In this document: piece by piece, positions 11,898 through 24,962 of the stretch | How the letters are laid out: the number at the start of each line of letters is the position of its first letter | Numbering within the stretch: the first letter of the stretch is position 1 | Assembly: GCA_965637545.1 (NCBI GenBank) | Contig: OZ281501.1 | Location: 310,001 to 374,000 of the forward strand | Source: Phallusia mammillata | Taxonomy: Eukaryota | DNA: 64,000 nucleotides | Direction: 5' to 3' | The notes under the pieces: generated by a model | The model's database searches: none | What the model saw: only the letters and a program-made list of their open reading frames with translations | What the model was told of the DNA's origin: nothing | Translations under genes and position numbers: made by a program

Positions 11898-14800
11898 ATG
11901 TTTCGAAAGAAGCAACTCCTGTTTTTCGGAGGATGTTTATTTTTCGGCAGCATCTGGCTGATGATCAGTCAATTAGAAACTCCTGCGTCGGACCATATAT
12001 TAAAAGCTGATCAGAGTCATTTAATTGGCGACAAACTAAAAGTGATGGAAAAAGATTTGGAAACTAATAAAAAGCTTATGAATGAGGTGTAGTTTCGTAA
12101 TCATAAGTCATTTTAATGGTGTAACAATTTATCTCCACTAACAAACCTTGCATCTTATATTTTTACAAACTATTTAATTGTCAACATTGCCATTTGCCAT
12201 AAACTTTAATTGCAAAATCTCAATCATACTTTTAACTTTCAGATTCAAAACGATGTTTCAGATTTTTTGAAGCAGGGAAATGTTCATGACCCAGATCAAC
12301 GGAACAGCCTCAAAAATGTTATTAGAATAACAGAACGGAAACCTGTCCTTCCCCAAAACCCATCCACGTATGAATAAAGTCTTGTATTTTACATTACCAT
12401 GGTAATTAACACAACAAAACTTCAGGTTCAACAACAGCAGAATGAATGATGTTTGTTTGAATATTCCCTACAAAGTGACAAGTTCCGATGTGAACATGAT
12501 CAACGTTTACAAACAACTTCCATTCAATGACCAAGACGGTGGGGTTTGGAAACAAGGGTTTGACATACAAACTTCTGATTCTGAGTGGAATGGAAAACAA
12601 CTTAAAGGTTTTTGAGCGAAAAACTTGATGTGCTTGATTACTTACTGATGAATATTATGGATTGCTGCTTCAGTCCAAAGTTTAATTAACAACTTTACAT
12701 GTTTGCAAACCTAATTGCAAAAAGTGTATCTATTGCAAATTAAAGCACAAAAACATTTTAAAGAACAATCTTTGTATTAAAGAGATAAGTCACAGTGTAT
12801 AAGATTAATGCCAATAATTTATTGTGTTTTGTCCACTTTAGTGTTTGTGGTGCCTCATTCTCATAATGATCCTGGGTGGATAAAAACTCTCGACAAATAT
12901 TTCTATGATCAAACTCAGCACATCTTAAACACTGTTGTTGATTCACTAATGGAAGATTCAAATAGGTAACAAGTTTTATGTGACTGTCATCAAATGTGTA
13001 TTAAAACATGCCTAATGTTCTCAATCATTTTTGTTCTCCCTTTAGACGATTTATCTGGGCTGAAATGTCGTACTTATCGATGTGGTGGGACATCGCAACT
13101 CCTCAACGAAAGGAAAATGCAAAAAAACTTGTAAATAACGGACAACTTGAAATAGTGACTGGAGGTTGGGTGATGAACGATGAGGCAAACACACATTATT
13201 CTGAAATGATTGACCAAATGATTGAAGGTATGCTAAGTGTTGGAAAATTAATGCTAAATTCTGTTCAGTGAAAAAGTGAAAATTTTTCAATTTATTTTTT
13301 GCTTTAAATGTTATACATTGACACAAAAACTTTTGAAAGTGAAAACCTAATTTCAAATCGACAAGCTTGTTTTTTGTGCAAAAATAGATCTTTATTGTGA
13401 AATGGTGTTTTCCAGGCAATGACTGGTTGTACAGGACATTTGGTGTTATACCTCGCAGTGGTTGGGCAATCGACCCATTTGGCCACTCTCCTACAATGAC
13501 GTACATTCTCAAAAAGATGAAGTTTGAAAACATGTTGATTCAACGAACTCATTACGCTGTTAAGAAACAACTGGCCAAACAACAGTCTTTAGAATTTAGG
13601 TAAAGTTTTTGCTATGGAAACATATAATTCAAGTTAAAAGCATTGATTTTGAGGTTTGTTTGCTGTTTGTTTTTGAAATAAGTTTGTTCATTTAAAAAGT
13701 TTTAGAGTCCGAGGTTGACGTTAATATAGCTTGCTGTTCATTATTTAGCATATATTTTCACATCCTAGTTATTTGTTTTTGCTTCTGTTTGATTCATATT
13801 TTATGGTCAGGTGGCGGCAAGCATGGGACAGTGACACCCACACTGACATGACATGCCACATGATGCCATTCTACTCGTATGATGTTCCCCACACATGTGG
13901 ACCAGACCCAAAGATTTGTTGTCAGGTAAAAATATTGCTGTGTTGTTTGTTGTTCTTGTCGGTATGGAAACAGGAAGTTGGCATTGTCATATAAAAGCAT
14001 GAAGCCAATAAATGATAAGCTGCAGACAGTGCACACTGTTCCGACCTACCTATAACTTCTGTCATGTTTTGATATTTTGACTGAATAGAGTGTCGTTCAA
14101 AGTTTCACATCAACTGTGCTTTGCTTAAATAAGAAATGCCCTAATGTTTATTATCCTTTTGCTTTTAGTTTGACTTTGCAAGATTGCCGGGTTTCCGACT
14201 GACCTGCCCATGGCGAGTCCCTCCAGTGGCCATCGAAAATCACAATGTCGAGGCGAGATCAAAAATGCTTCTTGACCAGTATCGCAAGAAATCAAAGTTG
14301 TTTCGGACAAACACTTTGCTTGTAATACTTGGTGATGATTTCAGATACACCCAGGTTTGACACTCTCAATATTTTTGTTACATAATCTTGAAACTAGCAA
14401 ATTTACTGGGTTATTTAAATCATAAACATTACGACCAAAGTACTGGTGTATATAGAATACAGACGTTTCAACAATCTCGGTACAACCTGCACTGACGATG
14501 ACAACAGATTTACTAAATTACATTTTTTTCAACATTTTTCTCTGCACATAGTTACCTGTTTTTGTTGTGCACATTGATAGTGTTGATATTTTCCTGCTAT
14601 AGTTTGTAGCTTATTAAGTATATAGAGCTCTTCTGGCAAATTGATATTTTGCCTGGCAGCAATATTTTGTAGCTTATTATACTGTGTTGTTTCATCACAG
14701 AAAGCTGAAGCAGACGCTCAGTTCAACAACTACAACAAAATATTCTCGTATGTGAATTCACACCCTGAACTGAATGCAAAACTGCAGTTTGGAACTTTGT

Positions 14801-17800
14801 CTGAATATTTTGATGCCATGAAGACTGAAATTGGTGGTGAAAATAAGTGAGTAAAACAGAAGATGTAATGCTCACTATCCTCAGTAGCAGTGATAAACTT
14901 AATGTCTGATAAGTTTTGGTTATGGAGTGATTTTATGGTTTTATCATTACACAAATTATAATAATCAATACACTGTGCATTACAGACTTCCAGCACTTAC
15001 TGGTGATTTCTTTACTTATGCCGATCGTGAAGATCATTATTGGAGCGGCTACTACACGTCAAGGCCTTACCATAAAATGCAGGTGCTTACTTTGTGAAAA
15101 TATCTAATAAACACTGACCAGCAAGATATTACAACCAGTTAAGGTTCCTACATGTGTGCTGATTTTGAAAACAGTTTGTCCATATTTTGGACAAATTAAC
15201 TTTTACAATTAGTAAACGCCTTTTACATTTTTTTGCAGGATCGAGTTTTAGCTGCTCACTTGAGGGCGGCAGAGGTGATATTCTCTTTAGCACTTCCAGT
15301 GGCCAAAAAGGCAGGTGAAACTAAAAAGTTTTCCGAATCACTTTATCCGTGAGTAAAGCTACAATTTATTTGAACAATCCAGACAACAACTGAACCTGAC
15401 ATTTTCACAGACTTTTAATCCACGCTCGACGAAATCTTGGTTTATTTCAACATCACGACGGAATAACGGGAACTGCCAAAGATGTTGTTGTTGTTGATTA
15501 CGGGACGAGACTGATGAGAAGTTTGATGGATTGCAAAAAGGTAACTAGCAGGTAGAAAGGTTGTGCAGGTTGTTTGTCGGGCTTAGTATCCAAATTTAAC
15601 CCAATTATGACACAGAAAAAAAACTTACCCAATTGGAATCTTATGAATAAAATTGCTTGCTTCACCAAAAAAGAACTTTTTATGACCAAAGTCTCATTTA
15701 TTTCAACTGTTGCTGCCAAGCATAACACAAACTTCATGCAGTTTATCTAGAAATCTTGTTTGCCCACAAACTTAAAGTTTTGTGCATTTTAGGTTATAGT
15801 GAAAAGTGCAGAAATTCTTTTGCTGCGAGATGTTTCGAAATACGATGAAAACTTCAACTTATTTGAATTTGATGAAGTTTACAGTCAACAAAGTTCACCT
15901 CCGAGTCCGAATGTCATAAATATTCCTGAATCACAGAAGTTTGCTCCAGTCGTACTTTACAACTCTCTCGCATATGAAAGATCTGGTAAGCAGTAAAGTT
16001 GTGTGAAGGGAAAAAATGATCCCTAGCATATTCTATTGCGACAACATTTTTAACTCCAGTCCTGAAAATTTTCAACTTTCACATACATTGGTAACTTATG
16101 TTTGTTTACATTTTCAGGTGTGGTCAGATTAATAGTTTCATCTTCAGAAGTAGAAGTGACATCATCAACTGGTGATGTCATACCTTCACAAACAAGCATT
16201 GTGTGGTCGTCGCAGTCGAATCCAGCCCCAAATAAGTTTGAACTTTACTTCAACGCTGTTATTCCACCCCTCGGTCTCACTACATACAAGATAAGGTAAA
16301 GTTTATTTCGCAGATGTGAATTTCAAAACTATTAATTTAATCATAAACATTACTGCCAAGGTAGTGGTGTATATAGAATACATCGTGTAACGTTTCGACA
16401 ATCTCTGTTGTCATCATCAGTACATGTTTTGTATATACACATGTATATATACACCACTACCTTGGCAGTAATGTTTATGATTAAACTACTTTTCAAGTCC
16501 GTGCATAGTGTTCCTAAAAAACTATTAATGTTTAATAACTTTGTTGTTCTGGTAACTACTTGTAGTTTGTTTATGTTACTACAGTTTTATTATTATTTTT
16601 ATTTACTAACTCATCTAGTTTAAGGTTATCAACTCCTGTAATCGGTAAATAGTCTCTTTTTATTCACATTTTTAGAACTATATTTGACTCCGCCCACAAC
16701 ACACCCTCCAAAGTGGAAATTTTTAACCAACCAGGGAGCGAGGTTAAGTCACATGACATTTTCACCATCAAACCTGGTCAAGTAGGAGATATTCATCTGG
16801 ACAATGGACACATAATTGCAACTGTTTCATCACAAAGTGGATATTTGCAATCTGTTGCCAACAAACAAAATGGAATCAAGACAAAAGTAAGAAATATTTT
16901 AATAAGATACAAAACCCAACTTCGCCAAGTTTACAAAATGCAACTTTTTCAAAGACTAACTTGTCCATTGGCACATAATTCACAGTTTTATAAAACGTGA
17001 CGTTCATCAGCAACTTGTGTCATTCTCAAAAAATGAATGTAAAACCCACTTTGTTCGTATTACTGACAAACTAAACCAGCTTCCTATCTGCTCTGTTGTT
17101 TCCAACTTCAAACCAAACCACGTGTATTTCCAGGCCAACCTGAATTTCGTCAGCTACACATCGAGAATGTCGAAAGACAAGAGCGGTGCTTATCTGTTCC
17201 TTCCAGCCGGTGATGCCACGCCCCACGTGTCCGCTGACCACCGCCCACTTATACGTCACATCAGCGGACCAATCATGTCCGAGGTTCAAGTCCTGCTGCC
17301 AAACGTCATGCACAGGTTTGTGATGTTTTGACAATGCTCATTGTGGTATAGAATGTTTTCTAACAATTAAACGCTTGTTACGCAACAAAGGTTGACTGTT
17401 TACGCTGGGGATGGCAGAGGACCGCAACATCTTGGTCTACACGTCATCAATACCGTTGACGTCAGATCCGGTTACGACAACAAGGAGATAGCGATGCGTG
17501 TGACGTCAGACATTACGTCAGATTCTCGGTTTTATTCTGATTTGAATGGATTCCAGACCCAGGCTCGCACAACTTACAGCAAACTTCCAATACAGGCAAA
17601 CTTCTATCCGATGCCGGCTATGGCTTTCATACAGGATGGGAAGACAAGGTAAATAATAAGAGCCGAGCCAGTACCTGAATGCTCGATACCGAGCATCGCT
17701 GTTTTTGATACTCGGTGCATTAAATTTGCGTATTCATGGCCTGCTAACATACGAAACTAGTGTTCGAAAAGGGTATCCAAGACCAAAAAAGGCCGTTTTT

Positions 17801-18735
17801 TAAATGCGTTAGAATGGTGGAAAAACGTGTACTACTGCAGCCTGTACAGATTAATACACCGCTGGTGACGTAAGCAGCCTTGGGAACCTACAAAACTAGC
17901 GTGGAATTGGGAATTTTTGTGACGTCACAATGCACCGAGCGTGCTCGGCCGAGCACCGAGCACTTTGTTGATTAACAAATATCCCAATATAATATGGACT
18001 GAGAGTGATTACACTGAACAATATCAGATCATTAACATAATAAGTTTGACGATATTTGTTTAAAATATTTGACGATATTTGTTTAAAATGTTTATTTTAT
18101 GCAGATTAACTCTTCTCACTGGACAGCCACTAGGTGTCGCATCACTACGATCAGGTCAACTTGAAGTTATAATGGATCGAAGATTGATGCAGGATGACAA
18201 CAGAGGATTGGGTCAAGGTGTAACAGACAATGTTCCTACTCCAGAATCATTTGTGATTATGATCGAACAATGGGACAAGCATGACGTCACAAAGAATGAC
18301 GCGAAACTGAGTTACCCGTCGATGGCTGCGCACATGTTGTCATGGCAACTGCTACACCCCGTGCGGTCTATGACGTCATCTGCTGACGTAAGGAACTTGC
18401 AATCCACTCACGTGCCACTGACGTCATTACCCTGTGACGTGTTCCTCCTCAACCTACGTACTATGCATGACGTCACACGACCTTTGCCCTCAGATGAAAC
18501 TGCTCTCTTGCTCCATCGCGTGGGATATGAGTGTGATTTGGATTCAGGAAAATATTTTCAGGCAAAGTGCGCCACACCGCGTGACAACAACCTCACAATG
18601 GAGTCATTCTTTACGTCACAGAGCGTTTGTGAAACGTCACTATCGTTGCAACATCAATGCAAATCAATTACAAGGAATGAAAAACTCAACTTAAAAACAA
18701 TGGACATCAAAGCTTACAAACTAAAGATGACGTAA
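11898..18735 (+). CDS. MAN2A1: Golgi alpha-mannosidase II (GH38), multi-exon
   Basis: N-terminal TM anchor; DGGVWKQGF; [13 protein letters not shown]; [10 protein letters not shown]; catalytic WAIDPFGHS; [11 protein letters not shown]; [10 protein letters not shown]; QHHDGITGT; [18 protein letters not shown]2A1 versus MAN2A2 is not resolvable (probably a pro-ortholog). Confidence 0.96.
14016..14055 (-). repeat. Hammerhead-like repeat family B relic (3' half)
   Basis: Minus strand reads taggtc-GGAA-cagtgtgcactgt-C-tgcagc, the same as the copies at 24930-24960 and 59336-59359. Confidence 0.7.
14416..14510. repeat. Degenerate copy of the 16.3-kb foldback/hammerhead element
   Basis: Shares taatcataaacattac...ggtgtatatagaatac with 16338-16381. 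Carries a minus-strand GAAACGTC half followed by a plus-strand CTGACGATGACAACAG half. Confidence 0.65.
16336..16485. mobile_element. Foldback element (~40-bp perfect inverted arms) enclosing a hammerhead-like core, in MAN2A intron
   Basis: Arms 16338-16375 and 16446-16483 are exact reverse complements. Interior minus strand reads CTGATGA-t-GACAA-cagaga-TTGTC-GAAA-cgt. Confidence 0.8.
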
Positions 18736-19093
18736 CTGCTTGTGATGTCACACAGGTCTATATTGGCCATTGGGTGCCGCTGTAGGGATTAATTGATTGC
18801 ACTTACAGGGGGTGGATAGTTGTATTGTTTCTCACCAGTAATGAGCAATTTGCAAACCGTGGTTGAAACGTTATTACGTCGAAACATTGCGATATACTTA
18901 TGCCTTATAGTTAAAATTGTAATCGAAAACTTTTTGTCGTCTGTCTGTTTTCGCCCAACAGTCATATTATCCGCTTTATTGTCGATTTGTTCGACTTGTT
19001 GTGCAAACAAGTATTTTTTTTTGCAAAATAAATACGATATTCCATCAAAATGCTGTTGTTTCGTCGCCATGGAAACCACCCACGATGCAAACG

Positions 19094-19641
19094 TCACCAA
19101 ACACCGCAACATGTCCTCGGGTACATTTCCTTTTCCGTGTCCCTCAATATCTGACCCAGCGCGCATCCATTGCACCAAGTCACTACGCACATGTCATCCA
19201 GTATATTTCCCTGCAATTTAATTTGTTTCAACGTTTGAATGTGAAACTTAATTCACAACTCACTCTTATTTTGTGTCTGAGACGGTATTTTGTCCGGAGA
19301 GCTACTTGTCCGGATAAACAAGCTCCCGAGCATCCGCTTTCATCTAGTTTCTTAGCAACAGCGCAATGAAGGCAAATGCCGCAGTAAATCGTATAAAGAC
19401 CTGAAATTACGATGAATTAGTAAAAGCAGCAAATGTTCGAACTGATTAAACGCAACTCACACATTTCAAAATCGGATAAACAATCGCATATTCCTGAACT
19501 CCATTGTCTGTCCCCGCTCCTTGGTTGCGTCACAATCACTGTGTTTGTTGACGTTTCTGGTATTTCAGTCAGGTGGTTTACTACAGGTAGTTCAATCACG
19601 TGATCGCCCGTCATGCTTGAGTGACCAAATACTTGATTCAT
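19094..19641 (-). CDS. PLAC8/cornifelin-family protein, paralog A (3 coding exons)
   Basis: Exons give VIVTQP...QWSSGICDCLSDFEMC / LYTIYCGICLHCAVAKKLDES...VALRTKYRLRHKIR / GNILDDMCVVTWCNGCALGQILRD...YPRTCCGVW*, with GT-AG junctions. Start may be 19641 or 19614. Confidence 0.9.
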
Positions 19642-20427
19642 TGTGATAACGTCGGAAAAATGTGGTCGTCACTCAGCTTAAATCACAAAACTGTGCATTT
19701 GTAAATCTTACAATGGCAGCTAAATTTACGCGGCTGATTTTCCACTGCACTGCAGATAATGCATGATATTAATAAACTCGGTCAGCCAGCCTGTTCTTAT
19801 TTTACTTCATAACCTCATTTTGACATAACGCGATCTCTGTCTCTATACTACATTGGTCTGTATGCATCACAACATATTTGTCCTTCAATCGACCTTCAGA
19901 TTATTGATTCCCGCGCGTTTATCGATTGTTAATGTTTTTCTTTTTTCTTGCACTCGCACCGACAAATAGCTTGATGGAATATAAGTGACATTGACCGAAC
20001 CGTTAGAGGTCGATATTTTTGCGTCACCGCTGTGGAGAAACAACTGTCAATCATCGTAACACATGGGCGATATGAAAACAAAACAGGTTTCACCGAAACG
20101 TTTGGTTGAAATATACTTTGTCGTGTCCCAATAGATATTTGCATGTACATATGTTACAGATTTTTTGGAACAATTCAAATCAATAAATTTTTACATTTGA
20201 GCAACAAATTGAAGCGAAATGACATTTTTCCATCGGGGATTAAATAGAAATGGAAAATTCAACCCATTTAAACAAAGGTTGGATTTTCTGCGATACTGCG
20301 TACAAACACATAACCATCTGGCACATGTTAACTGGGTTGTTATTGCAAATGCTTGAAAAGGCAAAAATGGCAAAGATTAGGTCAAGATAAACAAGAATCG
20401 CTATAGAACGAGGAATCGATGAAAATT

Positions 20428-21062
20428 CTAACAGACCCCGCAGCAAGTCTTCGGATACATCTCAGCTTTCATATCTCGTGCCAACTGACATTGCGCGCAT
20501 GAGAAGCAAAAAGTTGACAAGCAAATGTCGTTCATCATCGTTCCCTGCAACAATAACCACAGCTCAACACCGACACCTAGTGGGTTAGACGAAGAATTTT
20601 GGGCATGCTTGGCCCAAGCGTAGTGTGTTATGGCCATTAGATGGGTACTCACATGGATTCCATGTTTTGTTCGATACTTGGTCCTCAGCGCAACGAGGCC
20701 GTTCGAGCCGCACAGAGCAACCATCCCGCTTTCCTCCAGTTTCTTGGCGAGAGCACAAGCCTGGCACAGCCCACAAAAATACCCGCAAACACCTGACGTG
20801 CAGAAAATACATTATAGTTTACCATAATGTTGTCACGTATCAGTCTTGTTGTCGGTAACACTATGCATTGTTTCTACTTACATGTGTCAAAATCAGAACA
20901 ACAATCACACACTCCAGAAGTCCATTGTCTTCCGCTGCCTGTTGGTTGCGTCACAATCACAGTTGTTGTTGTTCCGAATCCTGTGGGTTGGTTTGTGTTG
21001 ACCGGACCAGTGTATCCACCCGGCCTATCCTCATCACGCAATAAGTCGTACTTGTTGGACAT
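20428..21062 (-). CDS. PLAC8/cornifelin-family protein, paralog B (3 coding exons)
   Basis: VIVTQP...QWTSGVCDCCSDFDTC / VCGYFCGLCQACALAKKLEES...VALRTKYRTKHGIH / GTMMNDICLSTFCFSCAQCQLARD...YPKTCCGVC*. Exon structure is the same as paralog A. Confidence 0.92.
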
Positions 21063-21340
21063 ATTTCACCACAACTACTAGAACAAGCTGCGAACGGTTT
21101 GCAACGAATAGAGACAGATGTCAAATTCACTGATAGTTTGGCTTGATATGTTTTACATTGATACTGTGACACTGAGCCGACCTCACTTAGGTTCCCAAAC
21201 AGTTCCTTCGCCATTATGAGCCAGTTTCCTCTGTGGCTTATGCCTAGTTTTGGACTTGCGGCATCGCACGGTATATGGGAGGCATGTTTTTAGCCTGTTA
21301 CTCCCAACAAACTGGAGTGCCGTTAGATTGAATGTTAACT

Positions 21341-21405
21341 GGCTACACCAGCCAATACGGCCTATCTCTTGTCACCAGCTGCACTGATGAGATCTTAGGT
21401 CGAGC
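21341..21405 (+). repeat. Hammerhead-like repeat family B relic (5' half)
   Basis: ggctacaccagccaatacggc...gtcaccag is shared with 24877-24914, followed by gctgca-CTGATGA-gatc-tta-ggtc-GAGC. Confidence 0.7.
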
Positions 21406-22294
21406 GAGTGAGGTTTAATGCAAACTTAAATCCTTCTCAACTCAAAAACACAGTAACATTCAGTGACTGCCCGCGCTTTCTGTAGCTGCAAACCAGAACT
21501 TTGCGCACGAACTTTCATCTATGCTACGCACGATTTTCACTGTAACAGAAGTCACCACGCATTTAACACATCTGACATACCGAATTCGTGATTAACGATT
21601 TTCGTGCCATCCCGGTTGGAACCTATCAACTTCACAAGTGCCCGAATACCTTTCAAACATTGACAGTTAGTTGACACGAGAGTGAAGAGAAAGAGTTTGT
21701 TGCAGTGCAACTTAGCAATAAACGGCAAAGAATAAGATTCGCAAATATTTACAATGTTTACCTGTAAGTCATGTGACTCACGTGATCCGTTACGGGCTAC
21801 TAATTAAGCAGTCAGTGAATCAAAATTGAAACTGTAGCAACACATGTTTTGCACACTACAACCCTGAAAAATGCAAATTGATTTGACAAAAGATATTCAT
21901 GCAGTTAACATGAAACAAATGTTAAAACAAAAGGTGTAATGTTCGGATTCATAGGTAGAGCTGCCAAATGAAAAAAACTTTCTGTGCAGTCGAGGATTGT
22001 TGTACCTCAAGTGGTTTGGATAAAATTTCACGTGTCACGCAAAATGCAAGTTCGCATATTTTTTTAAATACCCATTAGCCATTACCCGCTTTAGTTTTCG
22101 TAATACAACCGTTTAATTAATGGAAAGTTGATTTGTTTTAAGTTACAATTGTGCACATTTATCTGCAGCCAATAGCCAGTCACAATTATTGTCGAAACTC
22201 TTATCCGAACAGTGTTAAATAACTACAATTACAAAAATCACATTTTCCTGTTGTTTGCAATTGTCAGGATTGTATAATCAAATCTTCCTGCAAT

Positions 22295-23096
22295 ATGGTT
22301 GCCACTACAATAAACAGACCAAAGAAGGTAACTGTTAAAAAGATATATCTTTAACTAACATTATGAGCAAGGATTTTAATGTGAAATGTTGTGTTTAGGC
22401 TTTATACAAGAACTTTTCCAAACTAAGGCGCGTTCAGAAACAGAGAAGAAAAAAGAATCTTCCAAAGAGAGAAGGGGCAATACCTGATGCGGAATTGGTT
22501 CCTAAGGGTATTCTGAAAAAACGCATGTGGGTTTTAATTGACAAAAACGTTATTCACATAAACCTGGTGCATGGTCAACATATGTTTTCATGTTTTTTTG
22601 CAGGACTTCATCGCGAGCCAATATAACTTTGTCGGGTAAAAAAAAGCGAAAGATTTTAAAGCAACTTCGCCGAGTTGAATCGGAAAAACTTCAAATGGAA
22701 GGTGACAAACATTTACTGTTGTGTAAACTGCTGCCAGGGTATTCAAAATTGGTCTTTTATTTGTTTTATTGTTACTCTTTATTGTTAACATTCAGATAAT
22801 GAAGCTGTAGTGATAAACTTAAAAAAACACTGGTCAAAAATCTTAAGTACAACCTGAAAAATGCATTTGTTTTCGTAAAACAAATAAAACACAGCGACCG
22901 ATTTAGTGGTTTTCACACTTAATTTTCTTGATTTGATTTTAATGACCCTGAATTGTTGCTTTACTTGGAAAGCGGATTTCATTAATAAGAAAAGATTTAC
23001 TAAAGTACAATCTGCTGTTTATTTCCAGTTACTCCTTCAACATCAAAGAAACAAAAACAAAAAAAGAAAAAGTCATCAGAGATGGACTGCAGTTGA
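22295..23096 (+). CDS. C11orf98: C11orf98 homolog, ~108 aa basic protein (exons 22295-22327, 22399-22526, 22604-22701, 23029-23096)
   Basis: Spliced product MVATTINRPKK-ALYKNF...[41 protein letters not shown]...MEVTPS... contains the recalled C11orf98 signature [10 protein letters not shown]. Exon phases join in frame (327 nt). Confidence 0.88.
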
Positions 23097-24874
23097 AAAT
23101 ATCTTACAACAATCGAAGGTGGCAGAGCTATGAGGGATTCAATTCCAGTAGGGGACATTTGTGTCTTGTGGATGTTTTTAAGCATCAAATGGAATATGTT
23201 TATAACAGTTTAAAGTACAATACTTTCGGTTGAACCTGTGTGCTCCTACTGTTCCTACTGGGCAGAAGGAAACTCATCAAACTCTGTTTCTTTGTTATTA
23301 TTCACCTTTGGTAACTTTTTACCACATCAGTCCTTGTGATAGAAAAAATGATATTTAATTCTGACATATGATATTTGTGTTGATGTTTATTATGATGATG
23401 TAATGTTCCTGTTATGATTTCTTAAATAAAAACACCAGAATTGAAGTACATGCATACCAGCTTTATGTGGGAATGGCAATTAAGTTTTTTTTTTGCACTT
23501 TTAAAGTGTGAGATTTTAAATGGGAGCAGCAATCAAGCCGATTTTTTTGGTATTTTTAAATTTCACATTCCCAAGTGTGAAATTTTAATGATTTGTTGTG
23601 CACTCCAGGGGTAAAGTACGCAGTTCGCCCAAATTATACTGATACATCAATGATTTTCGTTCTGACAAGTTAAAACTTTTCTTCATCGGTTTAAACCAGA
23701 AACGCAACCCGAGTACGAATTCCTGTTAGTTTTTTCTGGTGTACCACTTTTTGTTTCAACTTTCGAACGCCTAGAGTCCGAATCTTAGGTTTTCACATCT
23801 GTATCACTCACCAATATCGCCCACCACTTGCGCACGTATACACGAGGAGGAGAAACTTTGTCATGTACAAAACGTCAGTTACTGTTTGTGGGAGAAACAA
23901 ATTTATGTTTTTGAAACGTTGCGTTAGGGTGGATGGTGAAGTAAATAAGTTTTCGATGCGGTCGTTTTAAGCCAATAAAGGAATTGCAAACGAGTAGTGG
24001 ATTGGTATAACAAAGCGACTCTGGTCCGGGTCTAATTCCCGCAAATAAAACGGAAATAGGAAATTAATTTAACTAAACATGAAAACGTTACCAGACTCCG
24101 TTTTGTAATCGTCACCACTTCCAGCTTATGGTATTATATGGATTGGGTTGAATACATTAAAGGCAGAAAACTCAATAATCTTGTGATGGTTTAGTCGGGT
24201 TAAACTTCTAGGCCATCTACGCTATAGTCCGTTTTATCGTTAATCTTATAAGGTTATACTTATGAACATATATCAGACAGATGAAAAATAATGGTGTAGG
24301 GAAGGTTAGTCAGGGCAAGGCCTAGACAACACATGTTAGTTTACAGCGAGAAAAGTGCTGATGTTGTAAGGGTAGGAATAGTGGAAAGTAGGAGGTTTAA
24401 GCTACAGACATCGAAATTTGCGAATATTATTATTATGAAAGCATGATTGGGCTGCAATAAGGCTGAACTTTGTTTAAGATGCTTTAATTTGGCTCCATAT
24501 GCCATTAATCTAAAAGCGTTTTAGTCATATACCCATATAATCACCCTGTTTTCGTTTTAACGTTTTCGTTTTTTTCTTTTAATCATTGACAAATGTTCGC
24601 GTGTTGTTGACCTTGGTGTCACGTTTTAAGGTCAAGTATACCACCAAGTATACCGGGCCCCGATTCTCAAATCGCAAGATAAGGGACTAAATGTAAACCA
24701 GAAAATATCTTAAGCATGCTGTGCTTTTAGGTTGAATAAAAAAAAATTCTGGGCGTAGCTTGATTGCAGGGAAAAATATAATAATGCTGTGAACGAACCA
24801 TCGCCGGAATATCATAGTCTTTGGATTTCCGCCTATAACTGCATGACGTCTTTGTTAAATCCATTGTGTTTGGA

Positions 24875-24962
24875 TGGCTACACAAGCCAATACGGCTAAA
24901 TCTCTCGTCACCAGAGACTTCATAGGCTATACGTCGAAACAGTGTGCACTGTCTGCAGCTTA
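24875..24962 (+). repeat. Hammerhead-like repeat family B relic with 5' core deleted
   Basis: caccag[11-nt ctgcactgatg missing]agac...gtc-GAAA-cagtgtgcactgt-C-tgcagc. Confidence 0.72.

Noticed and set aside
17660-17965. MITE in MAN2A intron (ccgagc repeats)
   Set aside because: Repetitive ccgagca/tgctcgg motifs at both ends, but no clear TIR pair or TSD could be defined.
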